From Candidatus Lutacidiplasma silvani (GTDB lineage: Archaea; Thermoplasmatota; Thermoplasmata; Lutacidiplasmatales; UBA184), in contig JAKIVZ010000007.1 of assembly GCA_022750295.1 (NCBI GenBank), forward strand, positions 21,808 through 85,807: a stretch of 64,000 nt of DNA. The letters run 5' to 3'. The position numbers were made by a program, and so were the translations under genes. Positions 9,692-17,946 of this stretch are shown piece by piece; positions within the stretch are counted from its first letter, which is position 1, and every line of letters starts with the position of its first letter. The notes under the pieces are model-generated. The model was not told where the DNA came from and ran no database searches. It saw nothing but the letters and a program-made list of their open reading frames with translations.

Positions 9692-10110
9692 GCGGGGGTC
9701 GCGCCTCCCGCCTCCCACGTCGCCTCGGTGGGCGCCGCGGTTCCCGAGAGGGCGCGGCCGAGCGCGGCGTACCCGGTCAGCGCGCACTTCACGCGGACGG
9801 GGGAGAGCGGGATCGCAACCAGCTTCAGGACGTCGTCCCGACTGATCTTGCGGACCTCCTCGAGCGTACGTCCGGCGATCTTGGTCGTCAACATCGAGGC
9901 GCTGGCCATGCTGATGGCGCAGCCGTCGCCATGGAACCGGATCTCGGTGACCGATTGCTTGGTCTCGTCGAGCTTGAGCTGGAACGTGAGGTGGTCGCCG
10001 CAGTTCGGATTGCTCTCCTCCCCGGAGAGGTCCGGGTGGGCCAGCTCGCCGAAGTTCTTCGGGGCCCGGTAATGTTGGAGAATGATCTCCTGGTACATGT
10101 CGTAAGCCAC
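9688..10110 (-). CDS. NifU/IscU/SufU-family Fe-S scaffold / sulfur-transfer protein
   Basis: ILQHYRAPKNFG and three conserved Cys contexts: NPNCGD, GDGCAISMASASMLT (SufU-like wording), VRVKCAL. The start is GTG 10110 or ATG 10098. Confidence 0.9.
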   Translation of the reverse strand: MAYDMYQEIILQHYRAPKNFGELAHPDLSGEESNPNCGDHLTFQLKLDETKQSVTEIRFHGDGCAISMASASMLTTKIAGRTLEEVRKISRDDVLKLVAIPLSPVRVKCALTGYAALGRALSGTAAPTEATWEAGGATPA

Positions 10111-10255
10111 GCCACTCCCTCCGGGAGGGAAGTCGCCGCGACGACTATAACAGCTTCCGGGACCGGCGGTATCCTCCTGGCCCCGGGGAAATCTCGGCGG
10201 ACCGATCTCGTGCGGGTCGATTCGACCGGTCGGCAGGGCCCGCGCCGGATCGCCC

Positions 10256-10939
10256 CTAGGTCGCGGCGCCGAGGCGGATCGGGGATGCCACGGCCTCGAG
10301 ATCGTCTGGGGAGGTCGGCCCGTCCGGAACGGCGAGCGTCGTGCGGCGCCGCGGGAGTACCTTCGGGCCGGCGGGTCGCTCGGGGACCTGGTTCAGCGAG
10401 AGCAGGCCGGCCGACTGGAGTTCGTGCCCGATCTTCTCGACGGCGAGCGCGAGGTCGCGGGGGCGACGGGCGCCCGTGCACACCATCTTGCCGCTCGAAA
10501 AGAGGAGGAGGACCACTCGCGGGTCGTCGATCCGGTAGACCAGTCCGGGGAACTGCTCGGGCTCGTACTCGACCCGGTCCAGTCCGAGCGTGACCGCAAC
10601 GATGTTCAGATCCAACTCCGAGCCGAGGTCGGACGTCGCCACGATGTTCTGAATCTCGATCTTCGGGTTCCGCACAACCGGGACCTTCCCCTTCCGGAGC
10701 TGCGCGGAGATCGCCTGGATTGACCGCTCAACCTGACTCGAGCTCTTCCCACCGGTACAGACGAGTTTGCCGGAGTGGAAGAGGAGGATCGCGGTCTTCG
10801 GGTCCTTCATCCGATAAATCAGCCCGGGGAATTGGGCGGGGTCGTACTCGGCCCCGTCCAGTTGGAAGGCGATCGTCAACAGGTCGAGCTCGGGCCCGAG
10901 CGAGGTCGAGGCGACCACGTTCTCGATACGAATTCGCAT
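10256..10939 (-). CDS. tbp: TATA-box binding protein with an extended C-terminal tail
   Basis: Two direct TBP repeats: IENVVASTSLG..EYDPAQFPGLIYRM..LLFHSGKLVCTG and IQNIVATSDLG..EYEPEQFPGLVYRI..LLFSSGKMVCTG. About 45 extra non-conserved residues follow the second repeat. Confidence 0.95.
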   Translation of the reverse strand: MRIRIENVVASTSLGPELDLLTIAFQLDGAEYDPAQFPGLIYRMKDPKTAILLFHSGKLVCTGGKSSSQVERSIQAISAQLRKGKVPVVRNPKIEIQNIVATSDLGSELDLNIVAVTLGLDRVEYEPEQFPGLVYRIDDPRVVLLLFSSGKMVCTGARRPRDLALAVEKIGHELQSAGLLSLNQVPERPAGPKVLPRRRTTLAVPDGPTSPDDLEAVASPIRLGAAT

Positions 10940-10980
10940 GATGGCAGTATATAGACTATATAAGATGCTATTTAAGGGGG
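10940..10980. promoter_or_regulatory. AT-rich island with several TATA-like elements upstream of tbp
   Basis: GATGGCAGTATATAGACTATATAAGATGCTATTTAAGGGGG stands out in otherwise roughly 70% GC DNA. On the minus strand TTAAATAG, TTATATAG and CTATATAC lie 10-40 nt upstream of the tbp ATG (10939). Confidence 0.6.
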
Positions 10981-11207
10981 GCGACTCGCGAGCCTCCGTT
11001 CAACGACCTTCGGCGACCCCCCCAGGGAAGCCCGGTGACCTCCCTTCCCATCGGGCTCGCCGATGCGGACCTCGGTCGTCGCCCGAACATCCTGAGAACG
11101 CGCGGCCCGGTTTCGCCTAAGCTGCGTACCCGGAACGAACCGAATTCCTCTTCTCCGGCGACGTACAGCGATTCAGCAAGTTTCCGGAGCCCGCCCTCCC
11201 CGGACGC

Positions 11208-11214
11208 TTTATAG
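11208..11214 (+). promoter_or_regulatory. TATA-like box for sufD
   Basis: TTTATAG is centred about 28 nt upstream of the ATG at 11239. Confidence 0.45.
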
Positions 11215-11238
11215 CCACCTTTCCGTGACTAATTCCGA

Positions 11239-12633
11239 ATGGCCGTCGCGGCGAATCGGTACGAAGACTGGCTGTCGGCCCAACAGGTCGACCGACTCTC
11301 CCAAGATCGCGGCGAGCCCAGTTCGTTCACCACGCGCCGTCGCGAGGCCTTCGAGCGCTTCCTCGAGCTCCCTCTCGAGCCGAACCCGCTCTATCGGAAG
11401 TACGGGTACTTTTCCGGCGTCGACCTCACGGGGCTCGACCTCTCCGTCCACGGATCGCCCGTCGAGGGCGTCTCCGCTGCCCCGCGGACGATCACGGTAC
11501 TTCACGACGTCGCCGGCAGCCGCTTCGATGTCCCCGAAGAGCTCCACCGCGACGGGGTCCGGTTGGACCCGATCGAGCAAGTGGCCCGCGCCGGCGGCGA
11601 GGAGCTCGCCGCGTTCTTGGGTGGCGACGAGCCCGCCGCCGACCGACTCACCGCGTTCGCGTTCGCGACCACGAACCGGGGGTACCGTCTGACACTTCCG
11701 GACCGGCTCGCCGCCCCGGTCCGACTCCGGGACATCACTATTCTCTCCGCCCCCCACGAGGCGCTCTCGGTCCGCCGTGCGATCCGGGCAGGGTCCGGTA
11801 CCCGGCTCCTCGTCAGCGAAGAAGCCCTCTCCACGGAGGACGACCCGGGTCATCAGCGTCTCCTTGCCTCGACGACCCGCGTCGAGGTGGGCGCCGAGGC
11901 CCATGTCGCGTACTCGACGCTGCACGCCCCCGACCGCCGCGCGATCTCGGTGTTTCAACGGAGCGCCACCGTCGGTCCGTCGGCCAGGCTGGCCTGGGTC
12001 TGGGCCGGGTTCGGGGGGTTCCGAACGAAAGCCCGGAACTCGTCGACGCTCGCCGGGACCGGCGCCGACCTCCAGGACCTCCAGGCGTTCTACGGCTGCG
12101 GACCGCAGGCCTACGATAGCGGGGTGACGATGACGCACGTCGGGACCGACACCCACGGCGAGTCGATCACTCGTGGAGTCTTCACCGACGAAGCGCGTGG
12201 GATGAGCCGGGGGATGGTGCGGATCGAGAAGGACGCCCGGAAGACCCTGAGCTTCCTTTCCGAGCACGCGATGCTGCTCTCCCGAGGCGCCCGGTCCGAC
12301 ACGATCCCAATCCTCGAGATTCTCTGCCGGGACGTCAAGGCGACCCATTCGTCGTCGGTCGCGCCGGTCGACCCGGAGAAGGTGTTCTACCTCGAATCCC
12401 GCGGCTTCCCCCGGACCGAGGCGGTCCGGTTGATCGGAGAGGGGTTCCTCTCCCACGTCCTCGAGCGGGCTCCGGTCCGGGGCCTTCGCGACCTCCTGTA
12501 TCCGTACCTCGCGGCCCGATGGGAGGGACGCCCCATCGTTTGGGGCGGCGACTCGGCGCGCGCGCTCCCTCCGCTCGAATTCGCCGGCCCCACCGGGGCC
12601 GACGAGTGGCGGTTCGACGCCAAGCTCCGATAG
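11239..12633 (+). CDS. sufD: Fe-S cluster assembly protein SufD
   Basis: SufB/SufD-family C-terminal beta-helix wording: RGVFTDEARGMSRGMVRIEKDARKT, AMLLSRGARSDTIPILEILCRDVKATHSSSVAPVDPEKVFYLESRGFPRTEAVRLIGEGF. It lacks the SufB-specific N-terminal region. Confidence 0.85.
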   Translation: MAVAANRYEDWLSAQQVDRLSQDRGEPSSFTTRRREAFERFLELPLEPNPLYRKYGYFSGVDLTGLDLSVHGSPVEGVSAAPRTITVLHDVAGSRFDVPEELHRDGVRLDPIEQVARAGGEELAAFLGGDEPAADRLTAFAFATTNRGYRLTLPDRLAAPVRLRDITILSAPHEALSVRRAIRAGSGTRLLVSEEALSTEDDPGHQRLLASTTRVEVGAEAHVAYSTLHAPDRRAISVFQRSATVGPSARLAWVWAGFGGFRTKARNSSTLAGTGADLQDLQAFYGCGPQAYDSGVTMTHVGTDTHGESITRGVFTDEARGMSRGMVRIEKDARKTLSFLSEHAMLLSRGARSDTIPILEILCRDVKATHSSSVAPVDPEKVFYLESRGFPRTEAVRLIGEGFLSHVLERAPVRGLRDLLYPYLAARWEGRPIVWGGDSARALPPLEFAGPTGADEWRFDAKLR

Positions 12634-12644
12634 GGACCGCGCCG

Positions 12645-13052
12645 ATGCCCCTCGTCCTCGACCCCGAGGCGCACTCGGTCGAGCGGCTCCGGGAGTTGCT
12701 CGACGACCAGCGGTCCGGTCTCGAGAGCCTCCTCCCGCGATTCCAAGATGCGGCGCCCGGTTACCGCGACCCAATCAGTCTCCGCACGGCCGCTGACCTC
12801 GTCGCGGACGCGCTCCGCGCGGTGGACCGGCTCGCGGGGCCCGACGCCACCCGGGACGAGCTCGCGGCGGCGGTGAACCTCGCCTACTCGACGGTCGTCG
12901 CCGGGATCGACCTTTGGAAGACGCACTCGGGGGGTCCGCTGGTCCCCCGGGGCCGAGCGGCGAAACCCACCAAAGGAACGCAGGCGGGCGGCCCCGCCCG
13001 TCGACGACGGACGGCGCCTAGCCGACCGCGCCGGTCATCTCGAGCTGGATAA
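12645..13052 (+). CDS. hypothetical helical protein with a basic C-terminal tail
   Basis: The ATG is 12 nt after the sufD stop. The first roughly 100 aa are protein-like (LDPEAHSVERLRELLDDQRSGLESLL...AAAVNLAYSTVVAGIDLW). The last roughly 35 aa are Arg/Pro-rich and overlap the sufB 3' end, so the true end or the reality of the ORF is uncertain. Confidence 0.4.
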   Translation: MPLVLDPEAHSVERLRELLDDQRSGLESLLPRFQDAAPGYRDPISLRTAADLVADALRAVDRLAGPDATRDELAAAVNLAYSTVVAGIDLWKTHSGGPLVPRGRAAKPTKGTQAGGPARRRRTAPSRPRRSSRAG

Positions 13053-14430
13053 GACGGTTGAGCTCGAGCGCGTAGTCGACGGGGAGCTCCTTCGAGAACT
13101 CGGCAAGGAACCCCATCAGGATCAGGTGGATCGCGTCCGACTCGTTGAGGCCGCGGCTCATCAGGTAGAAGATCTGCTCTTCGCCGATCTTCCCGACGAC
13201 GGCCTCGTGCGTGATCGTGGCGTCCTCCTCGTGGATCTCGTTGTACGGGTACGTGTCGGAGCGGCTCTCCTCGTCGGGGAGTAGCGCGTCGCACCGGACC
13301 GCCGCCTTGACGCCGGTGGCGCCTGGTGCGACATGGAGGAGTCCCCGGTAGCTGGTCTGGCCCCCGCGGATCGCGATCGACTTCGCGATGATCTTGCTCG
13401 AGGTGTCCGGGGCCGAGTGGACCGCTTTCGCGCCGGAGTCGATGATCTGCCCGGCGGAGGCGAAGGCGACCGACAGGATGTCGGCGCGGGCCCCGCGTCC
13501 GCGGAGGTACACCGACGGGTACTTCATCGTGATCTTGCTGCCGAGGTTCCCGTCGACCCATTCGACGAGCGAGTTCTCGTAAGCGACCGCCCGCTTCGTC
13601 ACCAGGTTGTAGACGTTCTTCGACCAGTTCTGGACGGTCGTGTACCGGACCTTCGCGTACGGCTCGGCGACGACCTCGACGACGGCCGCGTGGAGCGAAT
13701 CGGTCGAGTAGACCGGAGCCGTACACCCTTCAATATAGTGGATCTTCGAGCCCGTGTCCCCGATGATCAGCGTCCGCTCGAACTGGCCGACGTTCTTCGC
13801 GTTGATCCGGAAGTACGCCTGGAGCGGAATCCCCGCGTCGACACCGGGCGGGATGTAGACGAAGCTCCCGCCGGACCAGACGGCGCTGTTCAACGCCGAG
13901 AACTTGTTGTCGTTGTAGGGGACGATCTTTCCGAAGTACTTTCGGACGATGTCCGGGTACTCCTTCACCGCCGTATCGGTGTCGGTGAAGACGACCCCCT
14001 TCGCCGCGAGGTCCTCCCGGATCTTGTGGTAGACGGTGCCGCTGTCGTACTGGGCGCCGACGCCGCCGAAGAACTCCCGCTCGGCCTTCGGGATCCCGAG
14101 CTTGTCGAACGTGTTCTTGATGTCGGCGGGGAGGTCGTCCCAGCTCTTCTTCGTGTCCCCCTCGGCGAGGGGGTTCGCGTAGTAGGTGTAGGCGTCGAAA
14201 TCGATCTCGTCGAGGGAAGGGCCCCAGTCTGGCATCGGCCGGGACACGAAGTGGTCGTACGCGCGAAGCCGATACTCGCGCAGCCACTCGGGCTCGTTCT
14301 TCAGGTCGCTGATCTTCTGGACGATCTCGCGGCTGAGCCCCTTGGCCGTCCGGACCTTGTACGTCTCCGGGTCCTTGAAATCGTACCGTGTATAATCGAG
14401 GGGTTGAAAGGTGGGGGAGGTCTGCGCCAT
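13018..14430 (-). CDS. sufB: Fe-S cluster assembly protein SufB
   Basis: Full-length SufB wording: YDFKDPETYKVRTAKGLS, EPEWLREYRLRAY, AVWSGGSFVYIPPGV, GDTGSKIHYIEGCTAP, RCDALLPDEESRSDTYPYNEI, EEQIFYLMSRGL. Confidence 0.95.
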   Translation of the reverse strand: MAQTSPTFQPLDYTRYDFKDPETYKVRTAKGLSREIVQKISDLKNEPEWLREYRLRAYDHFVSRPMPDWGPSLDEIDFDAYTYYANPLAEGDTKKSWDDLPADIKNTFDKLGIPKAEREFFGGVGAQYDSGTVYHKIREDLAAKGVVFTDTDTAVKEYPDIVRKYFGKIVPYNDNKFSALNSAVWSGGSFVYIPPGVDAGIPLQAYFRINAKNVGQFERTLIIGDTGSKIHYIEGCTAPVYSTDSLHAAVVEVVAEPYAKVRYTTVQNWSKNVYNLVTKRAVAYENSLVEWVDGNLGSKITMKYPSVYLRGRGARADILSVAFASAGQIIDSGAKAVHSAPDTSSKIIAKSIAIRGGQTSYRGLLHVAPGATGVKAAVRCDALLPDEESRSDTYPYNEIHEEDATITHEAVVGKIGEEQIFYLMSRGLNESDAIHLILMGFLAEFSKELPVDYALELNRLIQLEMTGAVG

Positions 14431-14460
14431 GATGTCCTCACCGATTCCATCACACCTACG

Positions 14461-14469
14461 TATTTAAAT
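14461..14469 (-). promoter_or_regulatory. TATA-like box for sufB
   Basis: ATTTAAATA on the minus strand, centred about 35 nt upstream of the sufB ATG (14430), inside the 187-nt sufS-sufB spacer. Confidence 0.45.
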
Positions 14470-14603
14470 GGTGAGTCGCGGGCGCCGCGACAGGTGACCC
14501 CCCGTCAGCCGGCGTGACACGGATGCGAAGTTGTCGGTCGCCGTGCGACAACCTTGAACCGTCGTCCAATGCGAGGTCCGCCCGGACGTGAGTGCGACGA
14601 CGG

Positions 14604-14630
14604 GTTCGCGACCCGTCTCAGGTCGCGAAC
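14604..14630 (-). other. perfect 10-bp hairpin spanning the sufS stop codon
   Basis: GTTCGCGACC-cgtctca-GGTCGCGAAC. The loop contains the TGA (14620-14618) of sufS. Confidence 0.3.
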
Positions 14631-15847
14631 ACGGTCACGACCTTGCCGATCGCATCCAGGAACGCGTCGATCTCTTCGGCCGTGTTGTAGAGGTACGGGC
14701 TGGCGCGCGAGAGCGCGGGAACTCCAAGTCGTTCCATCAATGGTTGGGCGCAGTGATGGCCGGAGCGGATGGCGACTCCCTCGGCGTCCAGGATGCTGGC
14801 GACATCGTGCGGGTGGACACCTTCCAGGGAGAACGACAGCACCGCCTCCCGGTTCGGCCCGAGCGGAGGGCCGTAGAACCGGACCTTCGACCCGAACCGG
14901 TCTCGGGAGCCGCGGACCGCACGCTCGGCGAGCGCCTGCTCGTGGGCCGCGAGCTCGGGCCAACCGACGCCTTCGAGATAATCGAGGGCGGCCCCGAGGG
15001 CGATGGCGCCTCCGACGTTCGGGGTCCCGGCCTCGAACCGGCCTGGCGGGTCCCGGTACGTCACGCGGTCCTGGTGGACTTCGCGGATCATTTCCCCGCC
15101 TCCCATGTACGGGGGCATCTTCTGCAGGAGATCCTTGCGGCCCCAGAGGACCCCGATCCCGGTCGGGCCGAGCGTCTTGTGGCCGGAAAACGCCACGAAG
15201 TCGGCTCCGAGTTCTTGGACGTCGACCCGCCGGTGGGGCGCGGACTGCGCCGCGTCGACGACCACGAGCGCCCCGGCGTCGTGGGCGCGTTCCGCGATCT
15301 CCCGGACCGGATTGACCGTGCCGAGCACGTTGGAGACGTGGGTGAGCGTCACGACCTTGGTGGGTTTCTCCAGTCGGACGGCGAGGTCGTCCATTCGGAG
15401 TCGCCCGGCGTCGTCGATGTCGACGAACTCGAGGTCGATCCCGACCTCGCTCCGCAGGAGATGCCATGGGACGATGTTCGAGTGGTGCTCCATCACCGTG
15501 GTGAGGACCCGGTCGCCTCGATGCAGGTAGCCGCGGCCAAGTCCGTGCGCGACGAGGTTGATCGCCTCGGTCGCGCCGCGGACGAAGACGATCTCCTCCG
15601 GGTCGTCGGCGTGGAGGAACTTGGCCACGCGGGCCCGGGCGGCCTCGTACGCGGCGGTCGCCCCTTCGCTCAGCTCGTACGCGCCCCGGTGGACGTTCGC
15701 ATTCTGGGTGCGATAGTACGCGTCTTCGGTCGCGAGGACGCTGACCGGCTTCTGGCTCGTCGCGGCCGAATCGAGATAGACGAGCGGATGCCCGTGGGCG
15801 GTCCGGGTGAGGATCGGGAAGTCGCTTCGACAGCGCGCGAGGTCCAT
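14618..15847 (-). CDS. sufS: cysteine desulfurase, SufS-type (class V aminotransferase)
   Basis: YLDSAATSQKP, PLP-lysine context FSGHKTLGPTGIGVLWGR, and the catalytic Cys loop RSGHHCAQPLM typical of group II desulfurases. Confidence 0.95.
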   Translation of the reverse strand: MDLARCRSDFPILTRTAHGHPLVYLDSAATSQKPVSVLATEDAYYRTQNANVHRGAYELSEGATAAYEAARARVAKFLHADDPEEIVFVRGATEAINLVAHGLGRGYLHRGDRVLTTVMEHHSNIVPWHLLRSEVGIDLEFVDIDDAGRLRMDDLAVRLEKPTKVVTLTHVSNVLGTVNPVREIAERAHDAGALVVVDAAQSAPHRRVDVQELGADFVAFSGHKTLGPTGIGVLWGRKDLLQKMPPYMGGGEMIREVHQDRVTYRDPPGRFEAGTPNVGGAIALGAALDYLEGVGWPELAAHEQALAERAVRGSRDRFGSKVRFYGPPLGPNREAVLSFSLEGVHPHDVASILDAEGVAIRSGHHCAQPLMERLGVPALSRASPYLYNTAEEIDAFLDAIGKVVTVFAT

Positions 15848-15872
15848 CGGGATCGAGACGGCGGTCCGGCCG

Positions 15873-16658
15873 TCAGCTCCCTTCCCGGGCGTCGGCGCGG
15901 ACCCAGTCGTACCCTTTCGCCTCGAGCTCGATCGCGAGTTCGCGGCCCCCCGACATCGCGACGACGCCGTCGACCATCACGTGGACGGCGTCCGGTTGGA
16001 GGTACTTCAGGATCCGTTGGTAGTGGGTGATCACGAGGATCCCGGAGTCAGCCCGGTGGAGCTGGTGGAGCTTCGCGACTGTCTCGCCGACCGCTTTCAC
16101 GGCATCGATGTCGAGGCCGCTGTCCGGCTCGTCCAGGATCGAGAACGTGGGGGTCAGCGTCGCCATCTGGAGGACCTCGACCCGCTTCTTCTCCCCGCCA
16201 GAGAACCCTTCGTTCAACGACCGCTTCAGCAGCGCCTCGTCCATCCCGAGGAATCCGAGGTGGGTTGTGAGGTCCTGCCCGAACTGGTCCGAGTCGGCGT
16301 TCTCCGGAGTGTGGCGTTGCATGTAGGCGGTCCAGAGGAACTTCGAGAGCGAGAGCCCCGAGACCTCCTGCGGGTACTGGAATCCGAGGAACAGCCCCGC
16401 GCGGGACCGCTGGTCGACGGGGAGTTTGAGAAGGTCGTTGCCGTCGAGGAGCGCTTCCCCCGTCGTGACTTTGTACTTCGGGTGTCCCATTAGGGCGTAG
16501 GCGAGGGTGCTCTTGCCCGAACCGTTCGGGCCCATGAGCGCGGTGAGTTCGCCGGCGCGCAGGGTCAGGTTGACCCCCTTCAAGATCTCCTTGCCGGCGA
16601 CCTCAACGTGGAGGTTTCGGACGTCGAGCGTATGCTTCGGAGGTGCATCGGCGGGCAT
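15873..16658 (-). CDS. sufC: Fe-S cluster assembly ATPase SufC
   Basis: Walker A GPNGSGKSTLAYALMGHPKY, NEGFSGGEKKRVEVLQM, Walker B ILDEPDSGLDIDA, and ITHYQRIL. It lies 25 nt upstream of sufS. Confidence 0.95.
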   Translation of the reverse strand: MPADAPPKHTLDVRNLHVEVAGKEILKGVNLTLRAGELTALMGPNGSGKSTLAYALMGHPKYKVTTGEALLDGNDLLKLPVDQRSRAGLFLGFQYPQEVSGLSLSKFLWTAYMQRHTPENADSDQFGQDLTTHLGFLGMDEALLKRSLNEGFSGGEKKRVEVLQMATLTPTFSILDEPDSGLDIDAVKAVGETVAKLHQLHRADSGILVITHYQRILKYLQPDAVHVMVDGVVAMSGGRELAIELEAKGYDWVRADAREGS

Positions 16659-16693
16659 GGGAACGGTTCTCCGGGTCGAACGAGCCGATACCC

Positions 16694-16702
16694 TTATTTA
16701 AG
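16694..16702. promoter_or_regulatory. TATA-like box in the divergent sufC / regulator intergenic region
   Basis: TTATTTAAG lies about 40 nt from the sufC ATG (16658) and about 60 nt from the regulator ATG (16760). It is the only AT-rich element in the spacer. Confidence 0.4.
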
Positions 16703-16759
16703 CATGGCGCGGTGTGTAATTCTGTCAGGCCCGAATCGGGTGGCGCGGAGCGGTTGGCG

Positions 16760-17407
16760 ATGGCCGTAGGCGAGATGCGGGTCGGCGAAGGTACCCGCGG
16801 ACGGATCATCGAAGAACTCGCCGTCTCGCCGAAGACCGCGCGCGACCTGGCGCTCACCCTCGGGATTCAGGAGTCGGCCGCCCGAGGCCATCTTGACCGG
16901 CTCGAGGAACGTGGGCTGGTCGTCCCGACGTTCCGTCGGGAAGGAGTGGGCCGCCCCCGCAAACGGTACCTTCTCACCCCCCAGGGCCAGGAGCTGTTCC
17001 CCCGTCGGTACGAGCTGCTTCTCGATTCCGTCATGGAGGAGCTGCTCTCGTCGAAAGGGGAGGCGTTCGTATCGGAGTTGTTCGCCGACGCGGCCCGCCG
17101 GATGGCGAAGCAGATCGCCCGCGAGGTGCCGAACGATGCGTCCCCGCACGACCGGGCGCAAGCGTTGGCGGGCGCCTTGAACCACCTCGGGTTCCGATGC
17201 ACGGTCGAGTCGACGCCCGAAGGCGCCCTCAAGATCGTTCGGACCAACTGCGTGTTCCGGCACAGCGCCCTCACGCACTCGTACCTCCTCTGCGATGTTT
17301 TCGACAAGCACCTCACCGAGGAACTCCTCGGGCAGGTGGGGCTCGACCTCCAAGATTCGATCACGCGGGGCGGGATGCGGTGCACGCACCTCATTCAACT
17401 TCGCTAG
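16760..17407 (+). CDS. ArsR-type winged-helix regulator with a Cys-containing C-terminal domain (SufR-like)
   Basis: wHTH: GRIIEELAVSPKTARDLALTLGIQESAARGHLDRLEERGLV...GRPRKRYLLT. The C-terminal domain has four Cys (FRCTVE, TNCVFRH, LLCDVF, MRCTHL). It is divergent from sufCS. The start could also be 16775. Confidence 0.8.
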   Translation: MAVGEMRVGEGTRGRIIEELAVSPKTARDLALTLGIQESAARGHLDRLEERGLVVPTFRREGVGRPRKRYLLTPQGQELFPRRYELLLDSVMEELLSSKGEAFVSELFADAARRMAKQIAREVPNDASPHDRAQALAGALNHLGFRCTVESTPEGALKIVRTNCVFRHSALTHSYLLCDVFDKHLTEELLGQVGLDLQDSITRGGMRCTHLIQLR

Positions 17408-17445
17408 CGTTGCCCCGTAGGGACCCGGCGGGGACCTCAGCCGAC

Positions 17446-17946
17446 GTGCGAAGTCGACCGGGACGACCCGACCGGGACCCGCTCGCGGCAGGATTCGTCA
17501 CGTTCGCGCCCGGGGCCGCCCACCAGCTCTTCGGTATCGCAAAGCGCCGGGGGCCCCTCGAGACCGGGGGTCTCCTCATCGGTGCGTCTCTCGCCGGCCC
17601 GGCATGGTCGGTGACGGGAGTCCTCGAACTCCGAGATCCCGAAGCAACGGATCGGCATTACCGGGCTCGGGCGTACGAGGTCTGGACGGAGATCTCGCGG
17701 ACCCGCAGGAATCGGAGGAGCGTGGTCGGAATGTTCCACACCCACCCGGGGGGACTCGCCCGACCGTCCGCGCTCGATTCGAGGGCCGCTTCGTCGGGAA
17801 TTCTTCACGCCATCGTCGGGCGCGGCGCAACCGGTCCCTCACTTCGCGTCTTTCGACGGTCCGACCCGCGCTCCCCTCTCCGAGAAGTGGTCGTGGCTCG
17901 TGGCGCCCGGCGCCGGGGCCCACGGGCCGGGACGGAACGACCTTGA
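17446..17946 (+). CDS. JAMM/MPN+ (JAB) metalloprotease
   Basis: Complete JAMM signature: ETGGLLIG ... HTHPGGLARPSALD (E, HxH, x7, SxxD). The start is assigned to the in-frame GTG at 17446, after the regulator stop. The stop overlaps the next gene. Confidence 0.85.
   Translation: MRSRPGRPDRDPLAAGFVTFAPGAAHQLFGIAKRRGPLETGGLLIGASLAGPAWSVTGVLELRDPEATDRHYRARAYEVWTEISRTRRNRRSVVGMFHTHPGGLARPSALDSRAASSGILHAIVGRGATGPSLRVFRRSDPRSPLREVVVARGARRRGPRAGTERP

Noticed and set aside
8116-10593. 825-aa plus-strand ORF
   Set aside because: It is antisense to the radical SAM, ferredoxin, scaffold and TBP genes. Its extreme Arg/Gly/Pro/Glu composition has no motifs, which is typical of a stop-codon-poor shadow ORF in high-GC DNA.
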